This document shows, piece after piece, positions 36,400 through 47,990 of a stretch of 64,000 nt of DNA. Source of the DNA: an uncultured Candidatus Altimarinota bacterium (lineage in GTDB: Bacteria; Patescibacteriota; Gracilibacteria; BD1-5; UBA6164); NCBI GenBank assembly GCA_913055215.1, contig CAJXJP010000001.1, positions 798 to 64,797 of the forward strand. Direction: 5' to 3'. Positions within the stretch are counted from its first letter, which is position 1. The number at the start of each line of letters is the position of its first letter. A program made the translations under genes and the position numbers. Below the pieces are notes generated by a model. It saw only the letters and a list, made by a program, of their open reading frames with translations, was not told the origin of the DNA and searched no databases.

Positions 36400-37098
36400 A
36401 TGAACTTAATTCTCACAGAACTACAAAAATTCTCTAAAGCAAATTGGTGGATATTTCCAATATTTTTATTTGCTCTCTGTTTTGTTTATTTTACTGGAAG
36501 TGGAAACCTGGTAGAAATAATATTAATATTTTTATTTAACTTTATTTGAAATTTGTTCATCATGCTTATGCAAGCAAATTATTCAAATAAAAACAATACT
36601 GTTTGAGCACTTTGTCATCTTGGAGCAACTGCAACATTTACAAGTGTTTCATTATATGGTTACTTTGCACTCGAACAATCACAGTATATCCTCTGGCAAA
36701 TTTGTTACATATTAACTACTATAAAATCTGTTAGTTATTACAAATTCAATAAAGATTATAAAATATTAAACGAAAAATTACTCATTGTTGTAAATATTTT
36801 TGTTTTTGCAGCATTTTTAAAATTCATGCCTTATGAACTTTATAGTATATTACAAGGTCTTGGTTTCTCAGCAGTAACAATCTGATTAGTAAGCACAAGC
36901 GATAAAATTCGTTATTATATGAGCTTATTATGAGTAGTATGAATTACATCAGGTTCACTTATAGGAGTTATAAATAGTTATTGAACAGGAAGTATTGATG
37001 GAATTGCCCTTGGGTATTTCATACTTACTCTGACTGTATTTGTCTTCTATATAAAATTACTTCCTTCTTATTTAAAAAAGACTGTAGCTACTCATTAA
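36400..37098 (+). CDS. Polytopic integral membrane protein, 232 aa, function unknown
   Basis: Open with TGA=Gly, with about 6-7 hydrophobic segments. I considered a PnuC-like protein but found no convincing motif. Confidence 0.55.
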
Positions 37099-37115
37099 TA
37101 TATAAATAATAAATT

Positions 37116-38195
37116 ATGCTCTTTTATTTATTTTTATTCTTATTATCGGTTTGAGTATCATGGTGAATGACACTATTATTCTCAAAATTATTTTATAAAT
37201 GGAATATTTTAGATAATCCCAAAAAATATGGGTTAACAAGAAATCCAATTCCTTATAGTATGGGAATTGTATTCTTTATTTCATTTTTTTTAATTAGTTT
37301 TTTTGCTCTCGATTACAATTTTAAACTCTGACTTATTTGGGTATTTTGATTCTTTATTACTTGAATTAGTTTTATTGATGATAGACTAGATGTAAGTCCA
37401 AAAATTCGTTTATTTTTTCAAATTCTTATTTGAGCCATCATTTGAATTACTTCTATTAAAATATGATACATAAGTAATATTTTTGGTGGAATTGTAAATT
37501 TAGAAACGTACTTTGTAGAAATATTACAAATAAAAATTTATCTTGTCCCTTTGTTTTTTACAATACTTTGGTATGTTTTTATTTTTAATGCATTAAATTG
37601 GACAGATGGAATTCAATGAAATACTTCATGAATTTCAATTATATCTTTTTTCATATTATTTGTATTAGGAATAATCCTTTTTCATAGAGATAATTACATA
37701 CAATGAATTGAAAACGCAGAATTCATTATGTGAATGTCTATCATTCTTGTTGGGATCCTTATACCATTTTGGTATTATGATTTTTGACAAAAGATCTTAA
37801 TGTGAGACAGCTGAACCATGTTTTTGTGATTCATGTTGGCAACAATGGCAATCATAGCATGAGGGAAAATAGCAACCGTTTTGGTAGTATTCTGAATCTA
37901 TGCTGTTGATGCACTTTATGTAATAATTAGAAGATTATTAAGTAAAAAAAGTCCATTAAGATGAGATTATACTCATCTTCATCATAGACTTTTAAAACTC
38001 GGTCTCTCGAAAAAAGAAGTTTTATATCTTGTATACAGTCTTTCTCTCATATTTTGAATAACTGCATTATTTTTAGATAAAACCGGTAAAATTATTGTTG
38101 GTTTGATTATAGTTTTTGTCGTTATATTTATTAACAAAATTGTAGAATTATGAATTCTTTCAAGCAAAAAGTTAATTGAGAAAGTAAAAAAATAA
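37116..38195 (+). CDS. Glycosyltransferase family 4 polyprenyl-phosphate sugar-1-phosphate transferase (WecA/TagO/MraY-like)
   Basis: IDDRLDVSP, NALNWTDGIQG, MGDSGTMFLG, THLHHRLLKLG; many TM segments and many TGA=Gly. Confidence 0.8.
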
Positions 38196-38899
38196 AAGCT
38201 TTTACATTAATAGAACTTATAGTAGTAAGTTCTATTATGGTATTAATCAGTGCAACATCAGTTTTCTATTTTATAGATTTTATTCATCTGCAAGAAGCTG
38301 AACAAAAAGCTGAACTTTTGGAATTAGATATTCAAAAATATGATCAATCAATTAAAAATAAAGAAATTTATGATTACACTATGTTTTTTAACACAGATAA
38401 ATCAGAGCAATGATATGTAACTTATACAAATAATTTTGATATTCCATTTTCCCAAGAGTTAGATTATAATTCTATCTCTGGTATCTGACAAATTAGCTCT
38501 AATGCTAGTTCTTCAAATGTTTGGAAGCTTCAGTTTTTTGAAAAACATAAAAAAATTGATACGAAAACAATTGCCTGAGATAGTAATTCATTTTTTTCAT
38601 TTAAAAATAGCCAAGTCTATAAAATTATTTGAAAAATAGACAATACAGTCTTAAATACAATTCATGTTTATTATTTTAGTTCAGAAAATTTGAACTCGAA
38701 TACAGAATGAAAGCTACGATTAATAAGTATTCAAAATACAGAAAAAAATCCTTCTGAAATTTATACAGAATTAGAAATTAAAAATATTGCTGGAAAAAAA
38801 ATATTTACAGCGAAAAATAATTCCTGAGAAAAAATTATAACTGAAGTTTATCTAAAGTTTGATCTCAATTGAAAAGAAATATATCTCTTAATACAATAA
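38150..38899 (+). CDS. Type IV pilin / pseudopilin-like protein (prepilin-type N-terminal methylation motif), 249 aa
   Basis: MNSFKQKVNGESKKIKA-FTLIELIVVSSIMVLIS..., the class III signal motif with Ala at -1. The ATG is the only in-frame start and overlaps the previous gene by 46 nt. Confidence 0.6.
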
Positions 38900-38900
38900 A

Positions 38901-39863
38901 ATGAAAATAGCATTTTTTGGTACTGGTGAATTTTCAAGCGCCATTTTACAATGAATATTAGACACTCAAAAATATGATGTCAAACTTGTAGTAAGCCAGC
39001 CTGATAAGCCAATTTGAAGAAAAAAAATTATTACAGCAACTCCTGTAAAAGAATTAGCTGTCAAATATAATTTATCAGTATTACAACCTGAAAAATTAAG
39101 AAACAACACTGAATTTTTTAAAAGTTTAAATGACCTAGATCTAGATTTTATCGTTGTCGTTGCTTATGGAAAGATTGTTCCTCTTGAAGTATTAGAAGCT
39201 CCTAAATATGGTTGTATCAATACCCATGGATCAATTCTTCCTGCTTACAGATGAGCTTCACCAATTCAAGAATCAGTTAAAAATGGTGATATAGAAACAT
39301 GACTAACTATTATGTATATGTCAGAATGAATGGATGAATGAGATATTTTAAAAATTCAAAAATGTGATATAAATGAACATGATACTAGCTTAGATATATT
39401 TAATAAGTTTATAGATTTTGGACCTAGTCTATTAACAGAAACGCTTGAATGAGTTTTAGATGGAAGCATAAAATGAGAAAAACAAGACGAATCTCAAGTA
39501 AGTTATTGTGGTAAAATATCTAAAGCTGATGCTGAAATTGACTTTACTCAATCAGCACAAGAAACTTACAACAAAAAAAGGTCTTACACGCCTTGGCCTG
39601 GGATTTTCACAACATACAAATGAAAAAAATTAGCGATTGAAGTTTGTCATGTCGACAATTCTGATATTGCATTTGATGATGATTTCCATATTGGTGATGT
39701 TGTTGAGTTAGAACAACATGAAAAACAAAAAATTTGAGTACTTTGTTGAAGCGGAATTCTTATTTTAGAAGAAGTGAAACTTGAATGAAAAAAATCTATG
39801 GATATAAATAGTTTTGTAAATGGAAATAAAGATTTCCTTGAATATAATTTTCTTAGTGAATAA
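38901..39863 (+). CDS. fmt: Methionyl-tRNA formyltransferase
   Basis: MKIAFFGTGEFS..., VVVAYGKIVP, NTHGSILPAYRGASPIQ. Confidence 0.92.
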
Positions 39864-39881
39864 AATTTAATAAAAAATTCT

Positions 39882-40643
39882 ATGTTTAATATTGCTATTA
39901 ATACGTTTAAAGAAATTGTAAGAAATAAATTCTTATACTTAATCTTAGTTTTTGCTTTTGCTTTTATCATATTTTCCATTTTATTAGGAAAATTAACAAT
40001 TGGTGATGATTCAAAAGTTATTGTAGACTTTGGTCTTGCTATGATAGAAATATTTTCTTTACTTTGAGTATTGTTTGTTGGGAGTCAGTTGTTATTTAAA
40101 GAAATCGAATGAAAAACAATTTTTCTGATTCTATCAAAACCGATTAAAAGATATGAATTTATTGTAGGGAAATTTCTAGGATTCTCAGCTACTATTTTTC
40201 TTATTATATTAGTACAATCTCTTTTATTTTTATCAGTACTTGCATTAAAAGACATAGAAATCACAAAAATGATAGCCTACTCACTACGGTTTACTTTCCT
40301 TAAAATGGAAACATTACTTGCTTTGGTTTTCTTCTTTTCGACATTTATGTCAAACATGTTAACGGTTGTAGTTTCACTTATGGTCTATTTCCTTTCTCAC
40401 AATTTTGCAAACCTGATAGACATGGCTCTTCGTTCAAAAAATATTGTATTTGAATACTTTGCTAAAGTTTTAAATTTAGTTTTTCCTCCATTTGAAGCTA
40501 TGAATATAAAAGACTATATTGGAAGTTTTGAAAACTTTTCAACACACTTTTATATAATGAATAGCTTTTATGGAGTTGCTTATACTGTTATTATTATTTA
40601 TTTAACAGTATTAATATTTAATAGAAAAAAATTCGAAATATAA
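39882..40643 (+). CDS. ABC-2 type transporter permease-like membrane protein, 253 aa
   Basis: Two ORF-track pieces in one frame are joined by TGA. About six TM segments, and N-terminus MFNIAINTFKEIVRNKFLY typical of NosY-like permeases. No ATPase gene is adjacent. Confidence 0.55.
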
Positions 40644-41500
40644 TGAAAAAATTAATCATTCAACAAATTCTTTCTGAATATTTTGATAAATATCAAATAG
40701 ATCAAATATTACAAAAACTAACTGGTTTCACAAAAAACCAGTTGTTTTTTTGTGAAGAACTAGATGATATTACAGAATCTACTCTGAAAATAATAACTGA
40801 GCAAAGTAAAAACTGAATTCCTTTTGAGTATATTATAAATAAAGCTGAATTTTATGGTTTAGACTTTTATGTCGATAATAGAGTATTAATCCCAAGGAAT
40901 GATACAGAAATTATGGTGGATTTAGTAATAGAGTCTGTTGATGATCAACTAAATTCAGGACCGGTCCTAATTGATATCTGAACTGGAAGTTCTTGTATTC
41001 CATTGTCTATATTAGAAAATACTCCTAAAATTATAGAAACCCACGTGGTTGATATCTCAGAAAAGGCTCTAGAATTAAGTAAAATAAATATTCAAAAGTA
41101 TAAAAATAATATTCAACAATACCTTTGAAGTCTTTATTCACCTCTTATTTCAAAAGATTTCTCTCAATCTCCCGTATTTATAACAGCAAATCTACCATAT
41201 ATAAAAGATAATGATTTTGATAACATGTCTATCGAAACCATAACACATGAGCCAGATTTGGCTCTCTATGGATGAAAGGAAACGTGATTTGAATTATATG
41301 AACAACTCATTCAACAAATAATCCAACAGATTAACCAAAAGTTATTACAAACTGTATTTTTGTATATAGAAATATGATTTGATCAAAAAGAATATACTGA
41401 AAGCTATTTAACTAAATTAGGTCTGAAATATTCAATTCATAAAGATAATTCTTGAATTGATAGATGTGTTCAGATTGAGTTTGACTCATACTTGAAATAA
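40643..41500 (+). CDS. prmC: Release-factor glutamine N5-methyltransferase PrmC/HemK-like
   Basis: IPRNDTE, LIDIGTGSSCI, the motif IV variant TANLPYI, and HEPDLALYGG. The start overlaps the upstream stop (TAATG). Confidence 0.8.
40957..40968. repeat. Palindrome AGGACCGGTCCT (core GGACCGGTCC), copy 1, inside prmC
   Basis: Read directly; encodes S-G-P-V-L. Confidence 0.95.
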
Positions 41501-41551
41501 TTAATTAAATTGCTACAATAAAACAAAACTATTTATAATTCTCAAAAAAAT

Positions 41552-42202
41552 ATGTCTTTAGAAGAGTTTACACCTGTTGAATCTTCGGAATGATGAGCAC
41601 AATCCGTAGAGATATCAGAAAAATTTAAAGAATCTGTAAAAAGAGCAGGCTCTGGGATAAAAAGAACACAAAAAGATGAAAAAAAAGCCAAAAAAAATGA
41701 TTTACTTTTGGCTGGTTTTTTAGTGAAAATTATAATAGATAAAAAATTTGATTACGTTTTAGAACCACTTTTTGATGCACTTCATAACGGATTTTCATCT
41801 AATCTTCTTTTATGAATACTATCTCTTACACATGAAGAAGTTTCTCAGAAAATTAGAGAATTCTCAGAAAAACCATATACAGAGTATTCTTTTCAATATC
41901 CAGAATCATTTGAATTTAACGACTCAACTGTGGATCCAGAAGTAAAAACAAGAATAAATTATTGGGTTGAAGATATAGTCGATATACTTTCTTATGAATA
42001 TTCGAGTTTAAAAGTAGTAGAACTTCAAGAATTATTTTTAAAAGAATACGACTCTCTTGTCCTTTATACAAAAAAAGTATTTATATTTTTCCTTCATAGT
42101 TCAAATATAAAAATCACAGAATCTCAAGCAAAGTGAATTACAGAATTTATCTTATCTGAAGTCGAAAAATCTATTAAAACACTTAAAATAGACGATGTTT
42201 AA
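41552..42202 (+). CDS. Hypothetical protein, 216 aa
   Basis: ATG 41552 to TAA 42200-42202 with TGA read-through. The ORF-track piece 41930..42136 is in the same frame. No family recognised. Confidence 0.6.
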
Positions 42203-42204
42203 AA

Positions 42205-42236
42205 AAGTACAAAACCTAATTTTGTGCTTTTTTTTA
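42205..42236 (+). terminator. Terminator hairpin plus T run
   Basis: agtacaaaa...ttttgtgct followed by TTTTTTT. Confidence 0.6.
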
Positions 42237-42354
42237 TGAAAAAATATCCAATTATTTCAATAATTAAAATTATTATCAGCAACTACTAAAAATGCAAAAA
42301 TAATCTGGTAAATAAAACAATTAAATAATAATAAATATTCGCTTACGAATAAAT

Positions 42355-42382
42355 TTGACTTTCGGAAAACAATGGGTAAAAT
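42355..42382 (+). promoter_or_regulatory. Promoter of fusA (TTGACT-N16-TAAAAT), followed by a CCCGGCAC discriminator
   Basis: ttgact ttcggaaaacaatggg taaaat cccggcac, about 105 nt upstream of the ATG. Confidence 0.55.
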
Positions 42383-42486
42383 CCCGGCACAAACGAGTAT
42401 GTACTACGGATATTTCTTGAGAATATTCGCTATTTATACATATTTCTGTTTAATGAAATTTATTTTTAAAATTTAATATTTTTGCA

Positions 42487-44631
42487 ATGACTAAAGCTAC
42501 ACCTTTAGATAAAATCAGAAATATTGGGATTATTGCCCATATTGATGCAGGGAAAACTACTTGTACAGAAAGAATTCTGTACTATACTGGTAGAATTCAT
42601 AAAATTGGTGAAACTCACGATGGTGAAGGTACAATGGATTGGATGGAACAAGAACAAGAAAGAGGTATTACAATTACTTCAGCAGCTACAACTGCTTTCT
42701 GGAAAGACCACCAAATTAATATTATTGATACTCCAGGTCACGTGGATTTTACAATTGAAGTAGAAAGATCACTAAGAGTACTTGATGGTGGGGTTGCTGT
42801 ATTTGATGGTTCTCAAGGTGTTGAACCTCAATCAGAAACTGTATGGAAACAAGCTGATAAATACGATGTACCAAGAATCTGTTTTGTTAACAAAATGGAT
42901 AAAATGGGTGGTGATTTTGAAATGTCTGTTGAAACAATCAAAAAAAGATTAGCTGGTGATAAAGTTGTTGCTATTCAATATCCTATTGGTGCTGATGATT
43001 CATTTGAAGGGATCGTAGATCTTATTGAAATGAAAGCTTACCACTTTGAAGGAGATTCTGGTGAAAACATTACTGAAATCGAAATTCCTGCTGATATTAA
43101 AACTAGATGTGAAGAATTAAGAGAAGAAATGGTTGAAAAAGTTGCATCAGCTGATGATGAACTTATGGATAAATATTTTGAAGAAGGTGAATTAACTGTT
43201 GCTGAAATCAAAAAAGGTCTAAGAACAGCTACTTGTTCTACAGCTTTATACCCAGTAGTTTGTGGATCTGCTCTACAAAATATCGGTGTACAAATGGTTA
43301 TTGATGCTGCTGTTGAATTCCTTCCTTCTCCAATGGATGTAAACGAAGGTGAAATTGATTGTAAAGATATCGATTCAAAAGAATCTTTCAAACAAATTCC
43401 AGTTGCTAACGATTCTTCTTTAGCTGCTATTGCATTTAAAATTGCAACTGACCCATTCGTAGGGAGATTAACATTTACAAGAGTTTACTCTGGTACAATT
43501 AAATCTGGTTCATACGTATATAATGCTACAACTGGTTCAAAAGAAAGAGTTGGTAGATTACTACAAATGCATGCAAATGATAGAGTTGAAATTCCTGAAA
43601 TTACAGCTGGTAACATTGGTGCAGTAATTGGTCTTAAAAATACTAAAACAGGTGATACTCTATGTGACGTTAACGATAAATTCCTAGTTGAATCTATTGA
43701 ATTCCCACAACCAGTTATCTCTATTTCAGTTGAACCAAAAACAAAAGCTGATCAAGAAAAAATGGGTATGGCACTATCAAAATTAGCTGAAGAAGATCCT
43801 TCATTTAAAGTTGCTACTGATCCAGAAACTGCTCAAACTATTATTTCTGGTATGGGTGAACTTCACCTTGATATCATTGTTGATAGAATGAAAAGAGAAT
43901 TTAAAGTAGAATGTAACGTTGGTGAACCACAAGTTGCATACAGAGAAACAATTAAAAATGTTGCTACTGATATTGAACATAAATACTCTAAACAAACTGG
44001 TGGTAGAGGTCAATACGGTCACGTTGTTATCACTTTTGAACCATATACTGAAATGGATGAAGAAGATGTTAAAAACGAAGAAAAAGAAAAACCTACACAT
44101 AAATTTGTTAATAAAATTGTTGGTGGTACTATTCCAAAAGAATATATCCCAGGTGTACAAAAAGGTCTAAACGAATCTTACCAAAGAGGTTTTGTTGCTG
44201 GTTACCCAATGGTAGACATCAGAGCTACTCTAACTTTTGGTTCATTCCATGAAGTTGATTCATCTGAACTATCATTTAAATTAGCTGCATCAAAAGCATT
44301 CCAAGAAGCATGTAGAAAAGCAAAAGCTATTCTAATGGAACCTATTATGAAAGTTGAAGTTAATACTCCAGAAGAATATATGGGTGATGTTATTGGACAA
44401 TTAAACTCTAAAAGAGGGAGAATTGAAGAAATGGGTGATAGAGGGCAAGCTAAAATTATTACTGCTTTCGTTCCACTTTCTGAAATGTTTGGATACATGA
44501 CTGATCTAAGATCAGCTTCACAAGGGAGAGCTACATACGGTATGGAATTCGATCACTACGAAGAAGTTCCTTCTAATGTTGCACTTAAAATTGTTGAAGA
44601 AAGAGGTTTCAAATTATCTGAAGAAGATTAA
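42487..44631 (+). CDS. fusA: Elongation factor G
   Basis: Intact 714-aa ORF even under the standard code: [21 protein letters not shown]... Confidence 0.97.
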   Translation: MTKATPLDKIRNIGIIAHIDAGKTTCTERILYYTGRIHKIGETHDGEGTMDWMEQEQERGITITSAATTAFWKDHQINIIDTPGHVDFTIEVERSLRVLDGGVAVFDGSQGVEPQSETVWKQADKYDVPRICFVNKMDKMGGDFEMSVETIKKRLAGDKVVAIQYPIGADDSFEGIVDLIEMKAYHFEGDSGENITEIEIPADIKTRCEELREEMVEKVASADDELMDKYFEEGELTVAEIKKGLRTATCSTALYPVVCGSALQNIGVQMVIDAAVEFLPSPMDVNEGEIDCKDIDSKESFKQIPVANDSSLAAIAFKIATDPFVGRLTFTRVYSGTIKSGSYVYNATTGSKERVGRLLQMHANDRVEIPEITAGNIGAVIGLKNTKTGDTLCDVNDKFLVESIEFPQPVISISVEPKTKADQEKMGMALSKLAEEDPSFKVATDPETAQTIISGMGELHLDIIVDRMKREFKVECNVGEPQVAYRETIKNVATDIEHKYSKQTGGRGQYGHVVITFEPYTEMDEEDVKNEEKEKPTHKFVNKIVGGTIPKEYIPGVQKGLNESYQRGFVAGYPMVDIRATLTFGSFHEVDSSELSFKLAASKAFQEACRKAKAILMEPIMKVEVNTPEEYMGDVIGQLNSKRGRIEEMGDRGQAKIITAFVPLSEMFGYMTDLRSASQGRATYGMEFDHYEEVPSNVALKIVEERGFKLSEED

Positions 44632-44637
44632 TCAAAA

Positions 44638-44672
44638 TAAAAAAAGATTCACAAATTGTGAATCTTTTTTTT
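44638..44672 (+). terminator. fusA terminator (aagattcacaa/ttgtgaatctt plus T run)
   Basis: Perfect 11-bp stem followed by TTTTTTT. Confidence 0.75.
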
Positions 44673-44976
44673 GCTACTTTTTTTATATATGTCAATTAAA
44701 AAGTAGTCATAATTAAGGAAAAAGTACTATTTTTTTTTTGCATTTTTGTATTTTTCCTTAAACTAATCATTGCTTATAAAGATAAATAAGCCACCAACTA
44801 AGTTTAAATAAAAATTTATACTTCAAGACTCTTCAAAATAAAGTCTTTAAAAGGAAAATCCGTAATAATCATTTTGATCATCAGAAAAAAATAATTATTT
44901 ATGTAATGACAACGATTACATATTTTTTTAGGGAAACTCATTTTGTAAATTTTTTTACAAATTAACAAAAAATAAA

Positions 44977-46464
44977 ATGCAATATGCTACATTAATAATA
45001 ATGTGAGTTATTTTTTGAATGGCTCTCTCTGTAGTATTTTTCTTCATTTGGGAAAATAGAAAAACTACAAAAGCAAAATCAGAATCAGAAAAAATTATCG
45101 CTGAAGCTGAAAGAAAAAGAGAAAACATTCTAAACTCGACAAGAAAAGAAAGTAATGAAATTATTAAAAAATCTGAAAAGATTGAAGAAAGAATTTTAGA
45201 AAGAGAAGGTAAAATTGAACAAAAGTTAGAACAAATTGAGCAAAAATATGACAAAATTGCTCAAAAAGAAAATGATATCAAAGAAGAAAAAGAAAAGATT
45301 TTTGATAAACAACATGAACTAGATGGGAAACTTGAAGAAATGTCAAAGTTGACAGAAAAAGAAGCACGTGAGTTATTCTTAGAACAAATTAAAAACAAAT
45401 ATCAAGATGATGGTCTTGAAGTTGTTAAAAAATTTAAAAAGAAAACTGAAGATAGCAAAAAAGAAGTTGCGAGAGAAATTATTCTAAAATCTATTCAACA
45501 ATATGCTGGTGATGTTACTTCTGAAGTAACAACTACAGTGATTGAAATTCCTTCGGATGATATCAAAGGGAAACTTATTGGGAAAGAATGAAGAAATATT
45601 ACAACTTTTGAAAAATCTGCTTGAGTTGCTCTTATTATCGATGATACTCCAAATTCAGTATTTATCTCTGCTTTTGATCTATTCAGAAGATATGTAGCTA
45701 AAAAATCATTAGAAAAACTTATCGAAGACGGAAGAATTCAACCAGCTAGAATCGAAGAAGTTATAGCAAAAACTGAAGAAGAAGCTCATATACTTCTTAC
45801 TGAATTATGAAACAAAGTTACTGAAGAACTTGGGATTACTAATATTCCAGATGAAATGTTACCTATTGTTGGGAAACTAAGATTCAGAACAAGTTATGGA
45901 CAAAATATTCTAAAACATTCTAAAGAAGTTGCACTCATAGCTGAACAATTAGCTATTGAATTAGGAGCTGATCCAAAACTATGTAAAACTGGTGGGTTAC
46001 TTCATGATATTTGAAAAGCTCTTGATCAAGAATACGAAGGAACACACCCTGAAATTTGAGGAAAACTTGCTAGAAAATATAAAATGAACGATAAAATCGT
46101 TGATATGATTGAAAATCATCACGGTGAACAATTCTCAATTTCACTAGAAGCTGCTATTGTTCAAGTTGCTGATGCTATTTCATCTGTTAGACCTGGTGCA
46201 AGAAGAGAAGTTATTGAAGACTATATGAAAAGAGTTCAAGAAATGGAAGCTCTTGTTCAAAGTTTCTCATGAGTAAATAAAGCCTTTGCTCTTTCTGCTG
46301 GACGTGAAATTCGTGTATTTGTAGATGCTGCTACAATTAGTGATCTACATGCACAAGACATGGCAAAAGAAATTGCAGAAAATATTCAAGAAAAATTATC
46401 ATATCCTGGTGAAGTTAAAGTAAACCTGATCAGAGAAATGAGAGTAATTGAATTTGCTAAATAA
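44977..46464 (+). CDS. rny: Ribonuclease Y (N-terminal TM helix, KH and HD domains)
   Basis: [12 protein letters not shown] (KH domain), LLHDIGKA (HD domain), and [18 protein letters not shown] at the C-terminus. Confidence 0.92.
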
Positions 46465-46538
46465 TCAGTAATATTGACGAATTACGAAAATTTTATACAA
46501 TCTTTTCGTAATTCGTTTTATTTTTTAATAAAATTTCT

Positions 46539-47096
46539 ATGTATAATGCGAGTGACTTAAAAGTTGGTAAAAAATTTATTATGGATAATGCTCCATACGA
46601 AGTAGTATCATACTCTCAAAAAGTAATGGGTAGAGGTGGTTCTATTATTAATATTAAAGCGAAAAATTTATTAACTGGTTCGAATGTTCCTAAAACATTT
46701 TCTGACCATGATAGATTTCCACCTGCTGATATTGCAACACATGAATATGATTACCTATATAATGACGGTACAAACTACTACTTTATGAACAATGCTACTT
46801 TCGAACAAGTAGAACTTCAAAGAGATGTATTAGGAGATGCTGAATTATTCTTACAAGATGGTGATAAAGTTCTTTTACAAGAATATAATGGTCAACCAAT
46901 TAATGTAAATCTAGAACCAAGTTGTATTCTAGAAGTAGAAGATACTCCACCTGGTGAAAAAGGTGATACTGCTACTGGATGAAAAAAACCAGCTACTATG
47001 GTTACTGGTTTAGTAATCCAAGTTCCTTTATTTATTAATATTGGTGATAAACTAATTATTGATACAAGAACAAAAGAATATAGATCAAGAGCATAA
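46539..47096 (+). CDS. efp: Elongation factor P
   Basis: GDTATGGKKPA, with the second Gly encoded by TGA at 46980-46982; the loop is VMGRGGS. Confidence 0.93.
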
Positions 47097-47101
47097 AAAT
47101 C

Positions 47102-47134
47102 AAAAAAGCAAAGGAAAAATCTTTGCTTTTTTTG
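47102..47134 (+). terminator. efp terminator
   Basis: agcaaag-gaaaaat-ctttgct followed by a T run. Confidence 0.7.
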
Positions 47135-47180
47135 TTGATTAATGTAGACTAGTACAAATTATTTTTTAATTAAGAATATT

Positions 47181-47990
47181 GTGTTTCCCTTTTTCGCACC
47201 ATTTTCTTTTGAACCTCTCAATGGGTTTATAATATATACCTTTGGTTTCTCATTAATGATCTGTTTTTTTGTCTTCTTATGGATGATAAAAAAGCTTTCT
47301 GAACGTTACCAATACAGCTACAGTATTTTTACACAAAATATCTTATGGTATTTTTTATCTGTATTTATATTTTCGCGTGTATTTTATATTATTGCCAACT
47401 GGACAGAATTAAAATATATTCAAAATCCTTTTGAATTTTTCTTTATGAATGATTTTGATTTTTCCCTTATTTGAGGGATAATTTGATTTTTTGCATTTTT
47501 GACACTTCAATTAAAAGTTAGAAAAGAAAAGTTAGAACAATATATCGATGGTATTGCTATTTCATTTTTACTTGTATTAGCACTTGGTTACTTATGAGCA
47601 TTATTAGGATGACAAGTATATGGAAAAGAAACTCACTTCTGAATTGAAATTCTCTATACACATAGTTTTACCCCAATTCCATATCAAGTAGCTATATTTC
47701 CTCTACCAATTGTCTACTCTATAACATTTTTCATACTATTTTGTATTAGTTATAGTTTATCACTTTTTATTCATCTTCGTTCGTTATTATGATATTTAAG
47801 TTTTATTAGTATAGCTTCAGTATTATTAATATTTGAATTCTTTAGTGGGAAATATGATATTTTTTCTCAAACACTCTGAATAAATATGACTCAAATTTTT
47901 AGTATAATAGCAATAGTTATTTTTACCTATAAATTATTTCAAGCATATAGATCTGGGGAAATTAAAGAAAATACTATAATTTTAAAATAA
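47181..47990 (+). CDS. Lgt-family (prolipoprotein diacylglyceryl transferase-like) membrane protein
   Basis: GTG start. FSLIGGIIGFFAF and LGYLGALLGGQVYGKET resemble Lgt motifs, but the usual Arg of G-R-x-G-N is Tyr. Confidence 0.5.

Noticed and set aside
36400-37098. Calling the 232-aa membrane protein PnuC (a nicotinamide riboside transporter)
   Set aside because: Only the size and number of TM segments fit. I could not find PnuC signature residues by eye, so the function is left unknown.
39647-39979. 110-aa minus-strand ORF spanning the fmt / ABC-2 permease junction
   Set aside because: It lies antisense to two well-supported plus-strand genes and has no recognisable features.
43038-44498. 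Several 80-120-aa ORFs on both strands within fusA
   Set aside because: They overlap an intact, highly conserved EF-G reading frame, and their composition is typical of off-frame noise.
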